The notes below the pieces were generated by a model, which did not search any database, had not been told where the DNA came from, and worked only from the letters and a program-made list of their open reading frames with translations. A stretch of DNA of 64,000 nucleotides from the NCBI GenBank assembly GCA_043228905.1, contig JBHGNT010000007.1, forward strand, positions 186,001 to 250,000, in the 5' to 3' direction. Position 1 is the first letter of the stretch, and each line of letters opens with the position of its first letter. Positions 13,779 through 28,085 of the stretch are shown here, piece by piece. This DNA is from Azolla caroliniana. Taxonomy: Eukaryota; Plantae; Polypodiophyta. The translations under genes and the position numbers were made by a program.

Positions 13779-16700
13779 CGCTCGGTCGGTCGACAGGAAA
13801 CCTTTCCTGCTGCTGCTAACACCACGCAGGCCCTCTCTGTTCTGATCTCTGCTCTCTGCTCTCTGCTCTACTCTTTTTACGTTTACAACGTAAGAGTGAA
13901 TATCTCGTCTTGTCTGTCGTCTGCTTCAGAGAGATGGAGAGAGAAAGAAAGAAAGAAGAGAGAATAATTAAGAAGAAATAATAACACACAACACCATGCC
14001 TTCTTCTTCTTCTTCTTCCTTCTTCCTTCTTATATCTGTATAGCAAACAAATTCTGGGAATGCCCCCCCCCCTGTTTTTTTAATTCCCCAATTTACCCCC
14101 CTAAATAAACCCTTTCTCTTCTCCTCTCTACATATTTCGAAAACAAGCAATTTTGCCAATAATTTGTTTTTGGCCCCTTACCACACACTCCATCAATAAC
14201 ACTTAAACCATGCATCCTCCTCTCCTCTATTGGTGGTGGTGGTCGGGGGGAGGTGATTGTGTTACATTTCATGCACATCTTGGATATAGGATCACATCAC
14301 CCCTCCAAGGTATAATCACAAATCAATGTGACAACATGGAATGACCGGGGGATATGTTCCCTAATTCTAAATTGCATGACATGTTTTATTAGGGTAGAGC
14401 CTAAGGATCAAAAAAATATTGAGTCTACTTTTCCTACGAAGGGTTATCACATATGTATATTATGTATATATGGATAAGTCCTTGTGCTTATTTAGCCATT
14501 TCGTTGGATTTTCGCAATCTTTGTCAACCACCCGTTATGGTAAGAGATAATTGTGGTTGGGATACTCTATTAACAATAACTAGTGTGTGTGTAGTCTTGG
14601 GATGGAATACCGGTCGGGGCCATCCATTATTCGGCATCAGCCGGTATTCGGGTCGGAAGCGACAACGGTGTCGTGATGAAAACCGGCCATGGGAGGAATC
14701 GGGAGGCCAAGCACGTGAACCGGTGCCACACGGATCGACATTTAAATTGATTAACTTTATGCCTTATTTAAGAATAGGTCACGTGATAGGGGTTAGCAAA
14801 TCTAGGTTTATCTCTGCCCGAATGGACAAAGAATAAAGGTGATGTAACTAGGATGTAATGGCCCACACCCAACGGCCTATAAAAGGGGGGGGAAGAGAGA
14901 CTGAGAGGGTATCGCGTTTTGGGAGAAAGGGGAAAGTGTTGTCAGACTGGGGACCGAGCACTGTTTCTGTGTGATCTCTGCAGGTTTTTGGTCGGTTGCC
15001 TCTGCTCACGAGGAAAGCCCGGGTGCTTCCAATAGAGGCTCCACTGAGTAACTCGGTTGTGTGTGTGTGTGCGCGCGTGTGTTTGGTTGGTCACCGGCGT
15101 GCCGGTTGTAATATCAGAAAGATTGTAATCACTTGTTAGTCGTAATCGATTCCTCTTGGGAAGTGGTCTCCTTGTTTTATTGTGACATTCTCTGATCTGT
15201 TGTTGTCTCCGTAACCGAACGGGCGCGCTCCTCTGTCTAACTCGTGCGTAGTTGTGTTCTCGTTTGACCCAGTCAACACGGTGCTTGCCGGCAACCAGTA
15301 CTTGTCGATCCCTCGCTTCCGTTCTCTTCCTTCTCTACTTTCACGCACTCCCCGGTTCAGGGCCCCCGTGGTTCCGCCTTAGTTTCCTATGCACACGCGT
15401 AACAACACGACATCTTTGGTGAACCCAACGTGAAACAAGGCGGCAGAGGAGTTGAAGATGAGGGGATTTGAACTCACCGAAGCCATGGCGGTAGCTGTCG
15501 ACCGGTTGGTGAACGCTCGAGAAGGCACAAGCGCCCTCGATAGGGCCATCGAATCGATTGTCGGCACAATAGGCTAGTTCGAAGGAAAGAACGCTACGAG
15601 CTATTTGGAGGCCTACCGGGCCGAGATGATGATGAGGGATATCCCAGACCACAGACAACTGGTCAGATTCCCTCGGCAGGTGACACCGAGCATCCATGCA
15701 GAGGTGCTCGAAGCGCAGGCAGGCTGCCAGACCTAGGAGGAGTTCGAAGGGCGACTCCTCGAGAAGTACGGGTTCGATGACTCGCTTCGGCTGTCGAAGC
15801 GGGACTTCATGGAATGGGTTCAAACCCCCAGGAAAGGGAGGAACGCGTCGGCGCTCCTCCAGGAGTTCGAGATTTGACGGTTTTCCCGTCTCTAGGCGTT
15901 AGATAGGACTATGCTTCACATGAGCCGGGTCCTGTTATTCGTCAAGTCTGTCGATGTGCAGGATCGAGAGCAAGTGGGTCTCCTGCTGGAGACGGATGAC
16001 GGGCTGACGGCCGACTGGGTTGTGGTAAAGAGAGTATGCAGCGCGAGTGGAGCGACGAGGGTTCGTCGACAACGAGACCAATCGCGGCAATGAAGTTTGA
16101 GGAGTCGTTGCTCCCGCGAAAGGAGGAGACCCGAAGTTGGCTTGATACGGGCTCGGCCCCAACCAACGTGGTCAAGGGCCCATCCGGAAGAGCGGCTCTC
16201 GAAGAGCTGACACAGATGGTGCGTGATCTTCAGATCGCACAAGCCCGGAGAGATAGCGGAGGACAATGGCGTGACCGGAGGCCTCCGACCGGACAACGGT
16301 GCATGTGGTGCGACGCGGTCGACCATAGCAAAAGAGACTGCGCAAAATTTACGGAAGTGCTCAGAAGTAATGTGGTTTACCTATGGAATAGGCGAGTACA
16401 AGCTAATGACACCCAGAGAGCCCTGGAGATGAATATCAGACATGGCGAAATGAAGTGGTTGATGGAGGAAGCTGCAGCGCGCCACATGGAGGCTGTCCAC
16501 TATTCCACGTCGGCTCGGATCCGGGTCAGAGGCAACGGAGGCCAAAGGACGAAGGATTCTGGATTTTGGTCGTCGGTACTAGAAGGCCTCCCCAGAGTAC
16601 GATTAAAGAGGGAGGAAGTGGACCGCACGGAGCAGCGGGTCCGGGAAGTCACAGGGTGGTCCGATCCGGTTGAGGAGAAGACCGGGTTTGTTGAAGTGGC

Positions 16701-17261
16701 ATGCCAGAACTACTAAATTCTAGTAGAGGACAAGTGTGCGGGAAAGGCCGGAGGGACCGGACCCCCGAATCGGTATGAGACTCGGTTTGGACTGAGGAAG
16801 AACGATGTTGATAATGAAGCAGGCCGGGCTACCGGCTGAGCACGGAGATTGAGAGATCGAATGACTTGCAGAAGGTCCTCGAAAAGTGGATCCTCGACAA
16901 CAAGGTGGAGTTGTCGTTGAGAGAAGTGCTCAGAATTGCGAAGAGGGAATTCCACGATTCCATCGTGGATTTGGTAAAGCATAAACGGCTCTCGACGGAA
17001 CCGGAGAATCCCGTGGAAGTGCGGACAACGCACCTGGAGGAGGAAGCCTTGGAGGATGAGTTGGCAGAGAGCCACTACTCAAAGATACACTGGGCAAGAG
17101 CTACTACGGAGACCACGGTCCAGATCAGGAATGTCCAGGAGCCGGTGGTAGCATTGATAGACCATGATCCGAAATCAACCTAATGTCCATGGACTTCTAC
17201 AGGAAGGGGAAATGGCCAATCAACACCAAGCACGGGTGGAAAATACGCGCGGCTACACACG

Positions 17262-19578
17262 TGTTGAGAATCAAGCTCAACATAGAGCAACGTGTGAATA
17301 CACCTTTCAAGAATCTATGATTACTCAAAGGTCAAGAGTCACACCACCACTCTCTACACATTAAACTATGTGTCATAGATTCATATTCTATGACACATAA
17401 CTAATGGTTCCACATTCTCCATGACCGTAAGACTTCACATTCCTCAAGGCTCTAGTGAGAGAGTGAACGTTGTAGTGAGTAAATGAAGAGAGAGGGTGAC
17501 TCTATATAAAGCACCCTCCTCCTACTCCATATTAAGTCGGTTGTGACTCCTTGTAACGCTATTTTGTATCTCATATTCTACTTGTTAATATACATCTCCT
17601 TCTTCTTCTTGAGTACTTCATATTGTCTCTTATCTATCTTGTGTTCCTCTCCTCTCCTCTCTTCTCTCACACATACACACATAACTCACATCTTTTCCGC
17701 TTCACCAGAATCACCATTGATTCTTTACGTGGTATCAGAGCGATTTGGTAGCTCGATCTAGCCCACTCGCCTCATCGTGATCATGTGTTGTGCTCTACGC
17801 CGACGTTCAAGAAGAACCGGTTCATCGCTATCGTAGTGCGACTACATAGCTCGTGTTCGAGAGAGAAGAAAAAGGGAAGAAGGAATACGACGAGAGTTTT
17901 CGTGTCGACATACGCCACAACAAAACGGAGTGGCCGAACGCAAGAATCGTCACATCCTCGAAGTGGCACGGGCTATGCTTAATGAAAAGCACATGCCGAA
18001 ATCGTATTGGGCGGAAGCAGCTAACACGGTTGTCTATCTCATGAATCGGTGTACGACATCGGGTGTGCACGAACTTACTCCGCACGAGAAGTTCTTCAGA
18101 AAGAAGCCGGCCCTATCTCATGTTCGGATATTCGGCTCCATTGCGTACGTGCACATCCCCGACGAGAAGCGTCAAAAGCTTGACCCGAAGTCGGAGAAAT
18201 GTATCCTCGTAGGATACTCACTGGAGCAAAAGGGGTACAAGTGCTACAACCCCTCAACTCGAAAATCTCGAGTAAGTCAAGATGTCGTTTTTGATGATTC
18301 CGCATCTTGGTACGCACTAGAGACAACTTCGACTCCGATTCCGCTCGACCCGGAATCCATGGAACAAGAGATAGAGGATGAAGATCACCTTACGCGCATG
18401 TTCGAAAAAAGTCCGATCACGACCCAACTGAGCAGACCACAAGAGCCTTTGAGTGATCAAAGCACATCTTGACCAAGTCCGAAGTTGGACAAAGGGAAGG
18501 CCAAAATGCCGGAGTATGAAGACGCTCATTTCGATGGCAACGAATCGACTCACTCCCTCGATAGTGAGTTCGAAGGCCTTGACATCCGAACAAATGGAGT
18601 GAAGAAAGCCTTAGAATCCGCAAACGAGAAGCTACGTTGATCCACCCGTGAAAAGAACCCCGCAAGCCGCTTCGGCTACGATGAGTATATGGCATACCAT
18701 TACACCTTTATGATGAAGGTCGCAACAGTATGGGAGCCAGAAACCTTTTCCGAAGCCGCGAAGGACCCACGATGGATCGAAGCAATGAATGAGGAGATGC
18801 GTGCACTACACAAGAACGACACATGGGATATCGTTCCCCACTCATCGCACAAGAAGGCGATAGGCTACAAATGGATCTACAAAGTGAAGTATAATGCCGA
18901 TGGCTCCGTCAATCGCTACAAAGCTCAACTCGTAGCAAAAGGATACGTGCAAACACAAGGAGTCGACTACGAAGAGACCTTTGCCCCGGTGGCAAAGATG
19001 ACGACTGTGCGGACCGTGATCGCACTTGCAGCGGCGAAAGGGTGGCACCTCCACCAAATGGACGTAAAGAATGCCTTTCTTCAAGGTGAATTGGAGGAGG
19101 AGGTGTACATGGTTCAACCACCCGACTTCGAATCCAACATCCATTTGAAAGTTGTATGTCAACTTAAGAAGCCTCTCTATGGCCTGAAACAAGCACCACG
19201 TGCTTGGCATTCGAAGATTATGCAATATCTTCATCAAATCGGCTTTCGAATGTCGAAATCTGACAACTCCCTCTATGTATGAAATGAGTCTAAAAGCCCA
19301 ATTGCCATCATTCTATACGTGGATGATCTCGTTATTGGAGGTGAGCATTTAGTCAACATCAACAAGGTGAAGTCCCTCCTCTCCAACAAATTCGAGATGA
19401 CGGACATGAAGGAGCTACACTACTTCCTAGGCATCGAGGTGATTCGGAATTCGGCCAGCATTATGATCTCTCAATGGCACTACATTCTCAACTTGTTATA
19501 CAAGTTCGGGATGAAGGAGTGCAAATCGATCGCTACGCCTCTCAATAGAAACCTCAAACTAGATGCCAACTCCGGCAC
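17262..19578 (+). mobile_element. Partial Ty1/Copia (LTR, PBS, INT C-terminus, RT N-terminus), internally deleted
   Basis: LTR 17262-~17729, tRNA-iMet PBS tggtatcagagc 17730-17741, AERKNRHILEVARAML, QMDVKNAFLQG, YVDD at ~19316. Gag and PR are missing. Confidence 0.85.
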
Positions 19579-22129
19579 AAATCGCACTACTGCATTATTT
19601 GCCATATTCATGTTATATGCATGTTTTCTATTAATCTTTAATCGTAATCTGCTTGCCATATCCTCCGTTATGACACATGCTTGTGCACCACCATCTACAT
19701 ATGTTGGGGCCATCACTTGCCCTTGACACCAAACTTCTAGTACTGGCAACAAATCTTTTTCATGACTGTAACATATTCGAGGAATATCTTGAGTATCTAC
19801 TCTACCTATAGTATTAGTTTCCCTTCTACCCTTCTTAGAAATACTCACCATTTTCCTCCACTCTCTACGTAGCTTAGGAACTAATTCTAAAGCTTGGGCA
19901 AAGGTCATATCCACTTTTCTTTCTTTCAAGTCATTTAACAAGGAATATGATTCTTGATTTAAACCTAGTGGATAATCCTTGATAGCTATCCTCCTCTTTG
20001 ATTTTAGAGATTTCATTCCTTGCTTATCCCTATGCTTACTAGGTTCTCCCTCTTGTGATATTGGTCCATCTTTCACCTTATTATGCAACCTACTTCGCAT
20101 TCTTGGTTCTCCCTCATGCTCTTCTACACGAGCTCTCTTTCCTACTAAAACATCATATGAATCCCCATCTAACATGACCTTCCCACATGTTGTATTTAAT
20201 GCATCCTTTACATTATCATTCTTCTTAAACTCAATCAAATTAACACCATGAGAATTTACTTGATTTTGTGACCTTTGCTCTTCTACTCGTCTTGGAATCG
20301 GGGCAATACCTCCTCCTTCGCGCTTAGGATGTGGGCAATTTGGTGAAATATGTCCTCGTTCAAAACAATTATAACACTGCATATTGGGATTCGGCCTCCC
20401 AATATCTTTCTTTTGTTGAGAAACTTGCATAGACCTTGTAAGTTCAGCTTGGTTGATACAAAGCTTACTTACTTCATTAGCCATCTTTGCCACTTGTTGT
20501 GCAAGATCCATGGCCCCACTTGTAGAAGACTATCGCCATGAAGACACATCAAGACTTTTCTCATGTACCCTGTGAATGTATGATGTCGCACCTTCAATAG
20601 CTTCATCATCTTCTTTCATGTCCCTCCCAAGCTTTCTCATCCTCTTTCTCCATTTACTTATTGCCACTTCTTTTGCCCTTTCAAAGATTCAGGTTCCTTA
20701 TCATCTACCTTCTCTTTAATATCCTCATACAAGGCCACGATAAATTGGTCACGCTTCATAAAATCGGGTGGAACTTGATCATTTCCTAATCTCTCCAATC
20801 TCCTATACAAATCTTCAAACCTCCTAATAAAATCCCTAATATCCTCCTCATACCCTTGCCTTACCCGTCTAATATCCTTCCAAATAGCTTCTAGAGTCTC
20901 AGTTTTTTGAAACTGGGTTAACAATGCTTGTTGCAAACGTGCCCAATCATTCTTTACCTCTATAGGCACTAACCTTACATACCAATCTAAAGCCAGACCA
21001 TCCAACAAAAGGCTTACCATTATCGCTACATCAGCATCACTCTTCCCGACTTGTAGAGCCCAAATCTTCAACTGACGCACGAATTGCACGACATCACTAT
21101 TCGTCCCGGTGAAAGGCTCACTAAAGAGATACGCCATTATTTTGAAACACCCAAGTGCCAAAATATGCAAAAAAAGCAATAATACCACCAATTCCAATAT
21201 TAAAATACTTGGCCTTGATTATGACAGAACCGAAAGTCCTCGATAGTTGTCAAGATTGTTCCTCAATGGGGGCACCAAAACGTGTTGCGCACGAATTTGC
21301 CTCTCAAAACTCTAGCACAATACATCTAGAAACACACAAGGCACATCATCATAGGGCATCATAACAACATCTTTGAGTTTAAGAAAGACCACAAACACAA
21401 AAGGAGATGAATGGGTATGACAAAGACAATCAATGAAGAAATATGAAAGAGGAGGATCTATATCAAGAGTTGATAATATATATATATATATATATATAAT
21501 TCTCACTACACCAAAGAGGGTGTACAATATTTTATGATAATCATTCATGTAAAACAAATAGGAGATTGGAATTGACAAAGATATGTATCATAATCTATGA
21601 AAGGAGGAAAGGATAATGAAAATAGAGTATTTATTAAGAAGACATATATAAAAACACACACTACATCAAGAGAGATATTCTATGGTTGTCGTATTCTCAA
21701 GGCTTTCACACTCATACTTATATACAATAGGGGCTTAATTGTTAGTTCTTGCATGTATCTTGCCATGTGTCGCACATGTAACACTTCAACCACTTTCCTT
21801 TGCATGTAACCGATAGATCTTCTATTTTGGGTATGAAGACGCTTGATTCTATCCACGACCCCTTCTAGACATTTGTAGCACATCGAGCAAGCTTTCCAAA
21901 GAATGTTTATTTATTAAAATCCAATATTCCCTTGACATATTACGACCAAAACATTGACTGCCTATTATAAAGGCACTCTTTGATTATGTCACATCAATTC
22001 ATCTTGATTCTTCACATCTACCTTCGACTAAAGCATCCGCCATCATGCCTAAAGTGTCATAACTAGCTTGTGTCCATATTTTACTATCTTTAAACCACTT
22101 TGTTGAGCACAAGTATTTACACCACAACA
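19579..22129 (-). mobile_element. Element F: 5' half of an AT-rich Ty3/Gypsy from a different family (LTR-PBS-gag-PR)
   Basis: LTR 22129-21283 (TGTTG...CAACA), PBS tggtgcccccattgagg (possibly tRNA-Thr), gag ORFs 21197-20658 and 20511-~19580 with CYNCFERGHISPNC and protease YVDGGAQ. Truncated at ~19579. Confidence 0.8.
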
Positions 22130-22637
22130 ACGTGCAACACGTTCATAAGTTTCCCTTTTTGCCCAACATGGCTAAGAGGAACTTCTCCGACATGTTCGAT
22201 GGTATGCGAAGTGTTGTCTCCCATTTCGACCACTCTTGATTTTTCTGGTTTCTCCAAGTACGAGAAGCATTCCTCATGACTTGTCATATGATTTGACACT
22301 CCTGAATCAATAGACTACACCTCACTTGATTTCGAGGTATTCACGGCCATCGAATTGGCCTTGTGCTTCATTACGAAGGTTGGGCCTGATCCATTTACGG
22401 CTCGTTCAGAGCCTTCGGTGTAGTGCGATTTCTAACGCCTTCCTACGTCTCTTCCGCTCGATTCGGCTTTGTCCGAATTGGCTCTCTTCTTCCAGCACTC
22501 GCTCTCCCTGTGGCCTTTCTTACCACCGTACCAGCATTCCGTTACGGCCTTCTCTTGCCGGCTTCCGGCGCCACTATGACTCCCCCTACTTCCGGCGAGT
22601 TCGGAATTGCTTCCGGTATTTCGATTATGCCGCACGT

Positions 22638-22953
22638 TGTCGCATTGTTACGCGCGTGCATGGAGAACGAGGCGGGACCACCGTGACGGGAACTAAACGC
22701 TCCTTATGCGCAACGCTCGGCCACAACCGAGCTTAGAATCATACACAAAAAAACAGGAATGAATGCACGACACAGTGAAGAGAAGAGTACACAAGATGTT
22801 TACGTGGAAAACCCAAACTAGAGTAAAACCACGGCAGCCCACAGGCTGCAAACTATCACTATGTTACAGTGTACAACAGTAAAGCACCGAGGTAACAACC
22901 TCAAGCTTTCTATCTTCGCCATAGGCGGCGGTTGCAACAGAGGCAACAACCTC

Positions 22954-22991
<38 letters not shown>

Positions 22992-24036
22992 CATAGTTAC
23001 GCGCTCTGATCTTGCACAAACAAGAATAACAACAACACTCTACATCACAGCCAATAAGTTTGCCCTAAGTCATATTTATACTAATATGACTTTTCGGCTA
23101 TTTACAAATATAGCCTCGATGGACTCTCAGAAACATATTTACGAATATGTCTCTTCATCTGGTGAGCACTCCTCACTGGGCCTGCATCATCTGGCACTTG
23201 CTGGGTACTAGCCATCCGGTTCTCACCGGGTCTTCTGTTTCCGGGTACTCCTCATCCGGTTCTCACCGGGTCTGCACCATCCGGCTCTCCGTAGTCGGGT
23301 TCTCCTCATCGGGTTCTCACCGGGTCTACACCATCCGGCTCTCCATAGCTAGGTACTCGTCATCTGGTTTCTCTCTTCCCATCCGGAGGGACCTGTCTCC
23401 CAACACACCGGGGCCTCGGACCGAGAAATAACCGAATGAAGGGAGGGGAAGGACTCTAACGATGTAATTCACACGCGCACAGACCCACAGAATCACAGGA
23501 ATTGCAACTAGCTACAGAACGCGAGATGGAGACAAAACGAATGTTTATGTATATGTATATAAATCAAGGTGTTACAACCGGCAAGCCGGCGAGTGATGGG
23601 CTCCGACGCCTACGCACACACACACATAGACAGAACGCGAGATGGAGGCTCTGCCGGGAGCACTCGGGCGTCCCGCGGAACAAAGTCAGCCTCCCGAAAC
23701 CTGCACAGAACAATTATGGAGACGACAGAGGAGAGGAGAAGCACTCAGTTCTAGTCTGGCAACACTTTGTCCTCCACAAAAACGTGATCCCTTTTTCAAT
23801 ACCTCCCCCTCTCTTTTATAGCCCAAGGAGAGAGGTCGTTACCACCCGTTACATCATGTTGAAAGGACTGGGATACGCCTCGATTCTCTCCCTACTGAAT
23901 GCGTGCTACCTAGGATTTCACCTCAGCCGACTTGTACCTATCTACGTACTATACAACAAAACTTGTGCCCATATGTAAGGGCCGGTTTACACACGTTATA
24001 CGCGGTTTCCGCCTAGGGACGGTTTTCTCCACAATA
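22638..24036 (-). mobile_element. Solo LTR of the Trp-primed Gypsy family (element J), interrupted by a Copia solo LTR
   Basis: Ends match the family LTR termini (tgtcgcattgttacgcgcgtg ... ggacggttttctccacaata). Flanks ACGT/ACAT give a 4-bp TSD with CpG decay. Confidence 0.75.
22684..23405 (-). mobile_element. Copia solo LTR related to the intact Copia at 32429
   Basis: TG...CA ends, perfect 5-bp TSD CACCG (22679-22683 and 23406-23410). Shares tgttggga..ggtccctccggatgg, the CCGG repeats, (GA)n and gggttttccacgt with the element H LTR. Confidence 0.85.
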
Positions 24037-24933
24037 ACATTTTGCTCTTTTTGGCCGTCTCCATTGCGCGCCGATCCGCCTTGTCCACCACGACCACAGG
24101 GCCTATCTTCCTCTGTGTACAACATCTTGTTGTCGGTGTGCGTACTTGTCGACACAGCCACATGATTTTCCTCTACGAGCAAATCGACTGAAACTATAAG
24201 AACAAAGGCGTAATCTCCCTTGTGCAGACCGTCGTCTGGAACGCTCCGAACTTTGACGCTAACCCACCAAGACACACCTGCACCATTTTGTCCTCCTCAA
24301 CATTAACGTTGACGGAGGCAAGAGAGTCACAAATCTCCTTGATTCGGGTTGTGTAATCGGCACCAGATAGATCTTTTTATCATACATGGTTGAGCTGCTG
24401 CCTAAGCTACATCTTCCTAGCCGTTGTGCTAGCGGCGAAAATCCTCTTGAGATTCGCCCATGCGTCCTTTGACGTCTTAGCATCCCGAATATAGCTCAAG
24501 AGTTGGTTGCTCACACAGGACGCGAAGTAGTAAAGAACTATGCTTGTCGCTTGTTCCCAAGCCGAAAAGTCTCTGTGTGTCGATTCGGGTGTTGTATGAT
24601 TAGCTCCTTCGACATAACTCCAATAGCCATGACCAAGAAAGTACTAGTGCATCTTGTACGACCAAGATGCGTAGTTGCTCCTGTCGAGCTTCTCAGCCGG
24701 TAGCGAGCTTCCCATTCTTTTGTCCATATTGTTGTCTTATCCATTCCGAAGAAATAACTTAACTCTGTCTTTATCGCAAGCTTTAATGTTGGTTGCAGAG
24801 GAGTCTCAACCCTCGCGCTCTGATACAATGTAAAAGAATATGTGTGCGGAAGCGTAAGCGTAAGAACACAGAGGACACGGTTCGGAAGTACGACAATTCG
24901 GTAAGTACAGAAATCACATAGAAGGAGAGGGAG

Positions 24934-24971
<38 letters not shown>

Positions 24972-26563
24972 CAGAAAATACAAAACTATATTCAAAATCA
25001 TTCTTTGTATGTTTTCTCTACATGTTTCGGGCTCAGTGAGCACCTTTTTATACAAGCCCCGACTATTGGGCTGACACAAGTACTGCCAGTACTTGACCAC
25101 TCATAAATGAGCCTCCTACACTAACTCCCAAAACTATTCCTTACGAGGAATAACGTTCTAACGGCCTCTCGGTTTAAACACTGCCACGGCCATATTTTGC
25201 GTATGGTTTTACGCACCCAGTCTACGTACTGGGTTACGTACCCGTTTACGCACCCTATGTTGAGCTTGTCTTCAGCGAAGGTGGAAGCCATCTCCACAAT
25301 AAGAGAAGAATGCAAGTCAGTTACGGAGGTCCGAAGATTCCTAGGCGCATGCGCGTTTTATCATATTTGGATTCCCCATTACACACACGTCGCAGAGCTG
25401 CTCTACGGGCTGTTGAAGAAGGGTCATAAGTTGCATGGAACGAGGAGCACGCAGAATCGGTTTGGATGCTAAACGATGCGTTGGCCATGACATTGGCTCT
25501 CTGAAAGGCGGTTTACGGAAAGGGTACCCCGATCAATGTGATGGTGGATATGAGTCCGACCGGAATTGGGTGGGTGGTCAATCAGGAAGACGAAGACGGC
25601 ATAAGGTTCCCTATCCGATTCGGAGCAAAGATATTAAGTGAGCGGCATCGAGGATACGCCTAGGTTAAACGTGAGCTTTGGGGTATTGTTTTGGCAGTCA
25701 AGGCCGATAAGGATTATTTGATCGGGGTAGAACTGGTAATCAAGACGGATTGCCTACCGATTCTCGGGATGGTTTCTAGATGCACGACTCCGGATCTAGC
25801 TATGCTCAGGTGGATCGCGTATATTAAGTCCCTAAATCCAGAGATACGGCACATCTCCGGGAAAGATAACGTCATGGCCGATATGCTTTCAAGAGCGTGG
25901 TTTGACGACGAAGACGGCATGGTTTCAAAGAACAAAGAAGTCGCCTTGGACCTCTTCGAGTCGGCTCAAGTGGCGGCAAGAGAAGGGAGCACTCCAACAC
26001 TTAATGAGTTCAACGAGAACGAGTACGACGGGGATTGGATCCGGATTGTAGGTTCTTGAGGATGTTGATGTCAGACGTGGCATGGACAAAGGACGAAGCG
26101 GTCAGGATCCGGAAGAAGGCCGGACACAACGGAACGTGGGGCACGTTTGAAAAGCTGAAGGAGAAATATTGGTGGCCAGGGATGTACCAGGACATGCATC
26201 GGTTCGTGACGACCTATGAGAGCTGCCAGATGCATTCCGTGATACAGCACAGAGACGGGTTGCACCCGACCTACCCGCCGACCGTCCATTTCAAATAGGT
26301 GGTGGATTTATTGACCATGTCGATGGGAGTGGGACAAATGCGGTACCTGGTGCTTGCGTGGGAGGACCTAATAAAGCGGGTGGAGGGTCGTGCACTGCAT
26401 AACGAAACAACCGCAGTCATATGTTGGTCCCTAATCAAAGAGGTGGTTTGCCAATACAGATGTGTGGGGAAGATCGTGGTCGACCGGGGAGAACTGGATG
26501 CGCAGAAAGCCGAAGAGTTGTTCGGCCGGTTGGGGGTAAAACTCTCTCTCACTACGGCGTACA

Positions 26564-26920
26564 AGAAACCCATCCTCCCTTGACTACCACAACTTTCGTC
26601 TCTAGTAAGATCGGCACCATGCGTTCCGGCTCGAACTCCACTTGATAATAATTCCGACCAAGCATCTATACATCTGTGATATTATCAACATCTTGTTTCA
26701 ATGCGGCTTGCAATAGTAAACGGAGATCAACATGTCGAGGACCAATGCCCAAAACATGTGCAATGACAATCCTCTTCTCTAGACATTGTATCTCTTGTAC
26801 GATTTGTGTTCGATCATGTTTTGACAATAGGAGCTTTACTACATAGTTCGAAATAGGGGAGATGTTCGGGTTAGTTCCCTGAGAGCCCCGATTAGACAGA
26901 TCGCAACGGCGCAACTACTG
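26564..26920 (-). mobile_element. LINE ORF1-like remnant
   Basis: ...IVIAHVLGIGPRHVDLRLLLQAAL...MLGRNYYQVEFE..ILLETKVVVVKGGWV resembles the RRM/DUF4283-type N-terminus of plant L1 ORF1. Confidence 0.5.
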
Positions 26921-27089
26921 CTCCTTATTCACAGTTGTATCAAGGAAGATTCTTATGTTTAGGTGCTAGACAACCATAGATTACAACCTTATACCTTTGA
27001 TTGCAGTTATCTATAGCACTTGTGAAGTGCACTAGTCAGAGTGGTTGCTAAAATTGGAAAGAAATGGATGCTTGATCCTTATCCTTCAT

Positions 27090-28085
27090 TATTCATATGT
27101 GTGATATGTTGTGGTTGTATGCAAAAGACCCTGTTGCAAGATTAACATGGGATCGGGGGTTGGGTTCCATTCTTTCAATACTCGGTAAAACTTGGAAGAT
27201 CATTACTACTCTCTCGGAATACAACGATACTAGCAACTCAGAAACATTGGACCACATGGGAGCTCTCAATTTTGCATTTGAAAACCTATTGGAGATGGAT
27301 TTGGTCATTTAAGGGGCCAACTAAATTTATTCACTTCATATGGTTATTAGTGCATATGACATTACCAGTTGGTCATTCATTAAAAGGGAATGTAATACCC
27401 AATCTTCGGCAATGTGGCTTTTGCCATGAGGTTCACGAGACTGCCAAGCATGTCCTCTAGTCATGTCCCTTGGCTCAACAAGTATGGAATAAAGTCCTTT
27501 CATTATTCTTAACAATCAATGTTGGTTGCCTATTTTCACGGGGATCGGCGATGTGGGGAGTGTTACATTCCAGCTTGATGTTGTATGAGGCAGACGATGT
27601 TCAAGAGGCAATGATGGTACATAATAGAAGATTGATATTAGTTAGCCCCTTTCAACAACCTCGAAAGCATGTGTGATTTGTCCAGGTTTGGAAAATGGTG
27701 ACTACAATAACGTTATGCGCATTATGGAAATGTTGATGCAACCAACTTTATGATGTGGCATATCAGTCTCTCAGATGTCTTGCTTGAGATATGGGAGAAC
27801 GTGTTGGCAATAGTCCGTGGCCAGTATGACAATATACATGGATCCCTAGAGACTGTGAATAATAGAAGGAAGAAGCTTCTTCACTTATGGAAAAAGTTTC
27901 CCTTATTTACATAATCAACTCAAGGGCCTCAATGGCACTATCGACTTCCATGGACCTTTTCTTGAATATCAGTAAATCATGGCAGTGGTGCAGCAAATTC
28001 TAACACCTTCTACAAAGTCCTATCTTTGGTCTTAGGATTATTGTAAATCATTGTACAAACAAAATTGTAAGCTAATCGAAAAAGA
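27090..28085 (+). mobile_element. LINE (L1) ORF2 3' remnant with zf-RVT
   Basis: WRWIWSFKGPTKFIHFIWLLVH..LP...CGFCHEVHETAKHVL*SCPLAQQVW, with stops and frameshifts. Confidence 0.75.

Larger units (their letters stand above)
22130..25277 (-). mobile_element. Partial Ty1/Copia (LTR-PBS-gag-PR), related to the 17262 copy and inverted relative to it
   Basis: LTR ~25277-24829 with an outer end resembling tgttga..aagctcaacatag, decayed iMet PBS 24828-24817, gag knuckle CWYxGKKGHRESEC (~22530), protease region SNHMTSH (~22290). Confidence 0.75.
14669..26563 (+). mobile_element. Element A: decayed tRNA-Trp-primed Ty3/Gypsy, interrupted at 17262-25277 and 3'-truncated
   Basis: 5' LTR 14669-15412 (TGTCG...CGACA), PBS tggtgaaccc(a)acgtga, gag-PR remnants 15458-17261 (CMWCDAVDHSKRDC knuckle). 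RT-connection/RNaseH/INT remnants run 25278-26563 and end at SLTTAY. Confidence 0.85.

Noticed and set aside
14605-14649. 9-bp inverted repeat gaataccgg/ccggtattc just upstream of element A
   Set aside because: Probably a fragment of another GC-rich TE, with no further support.
22130-22133. ACGT flank of element F as further evidence of CpG targeting
   Set aside because: F is a different family and its other flank is deleted, so the TSD cannot be defined.
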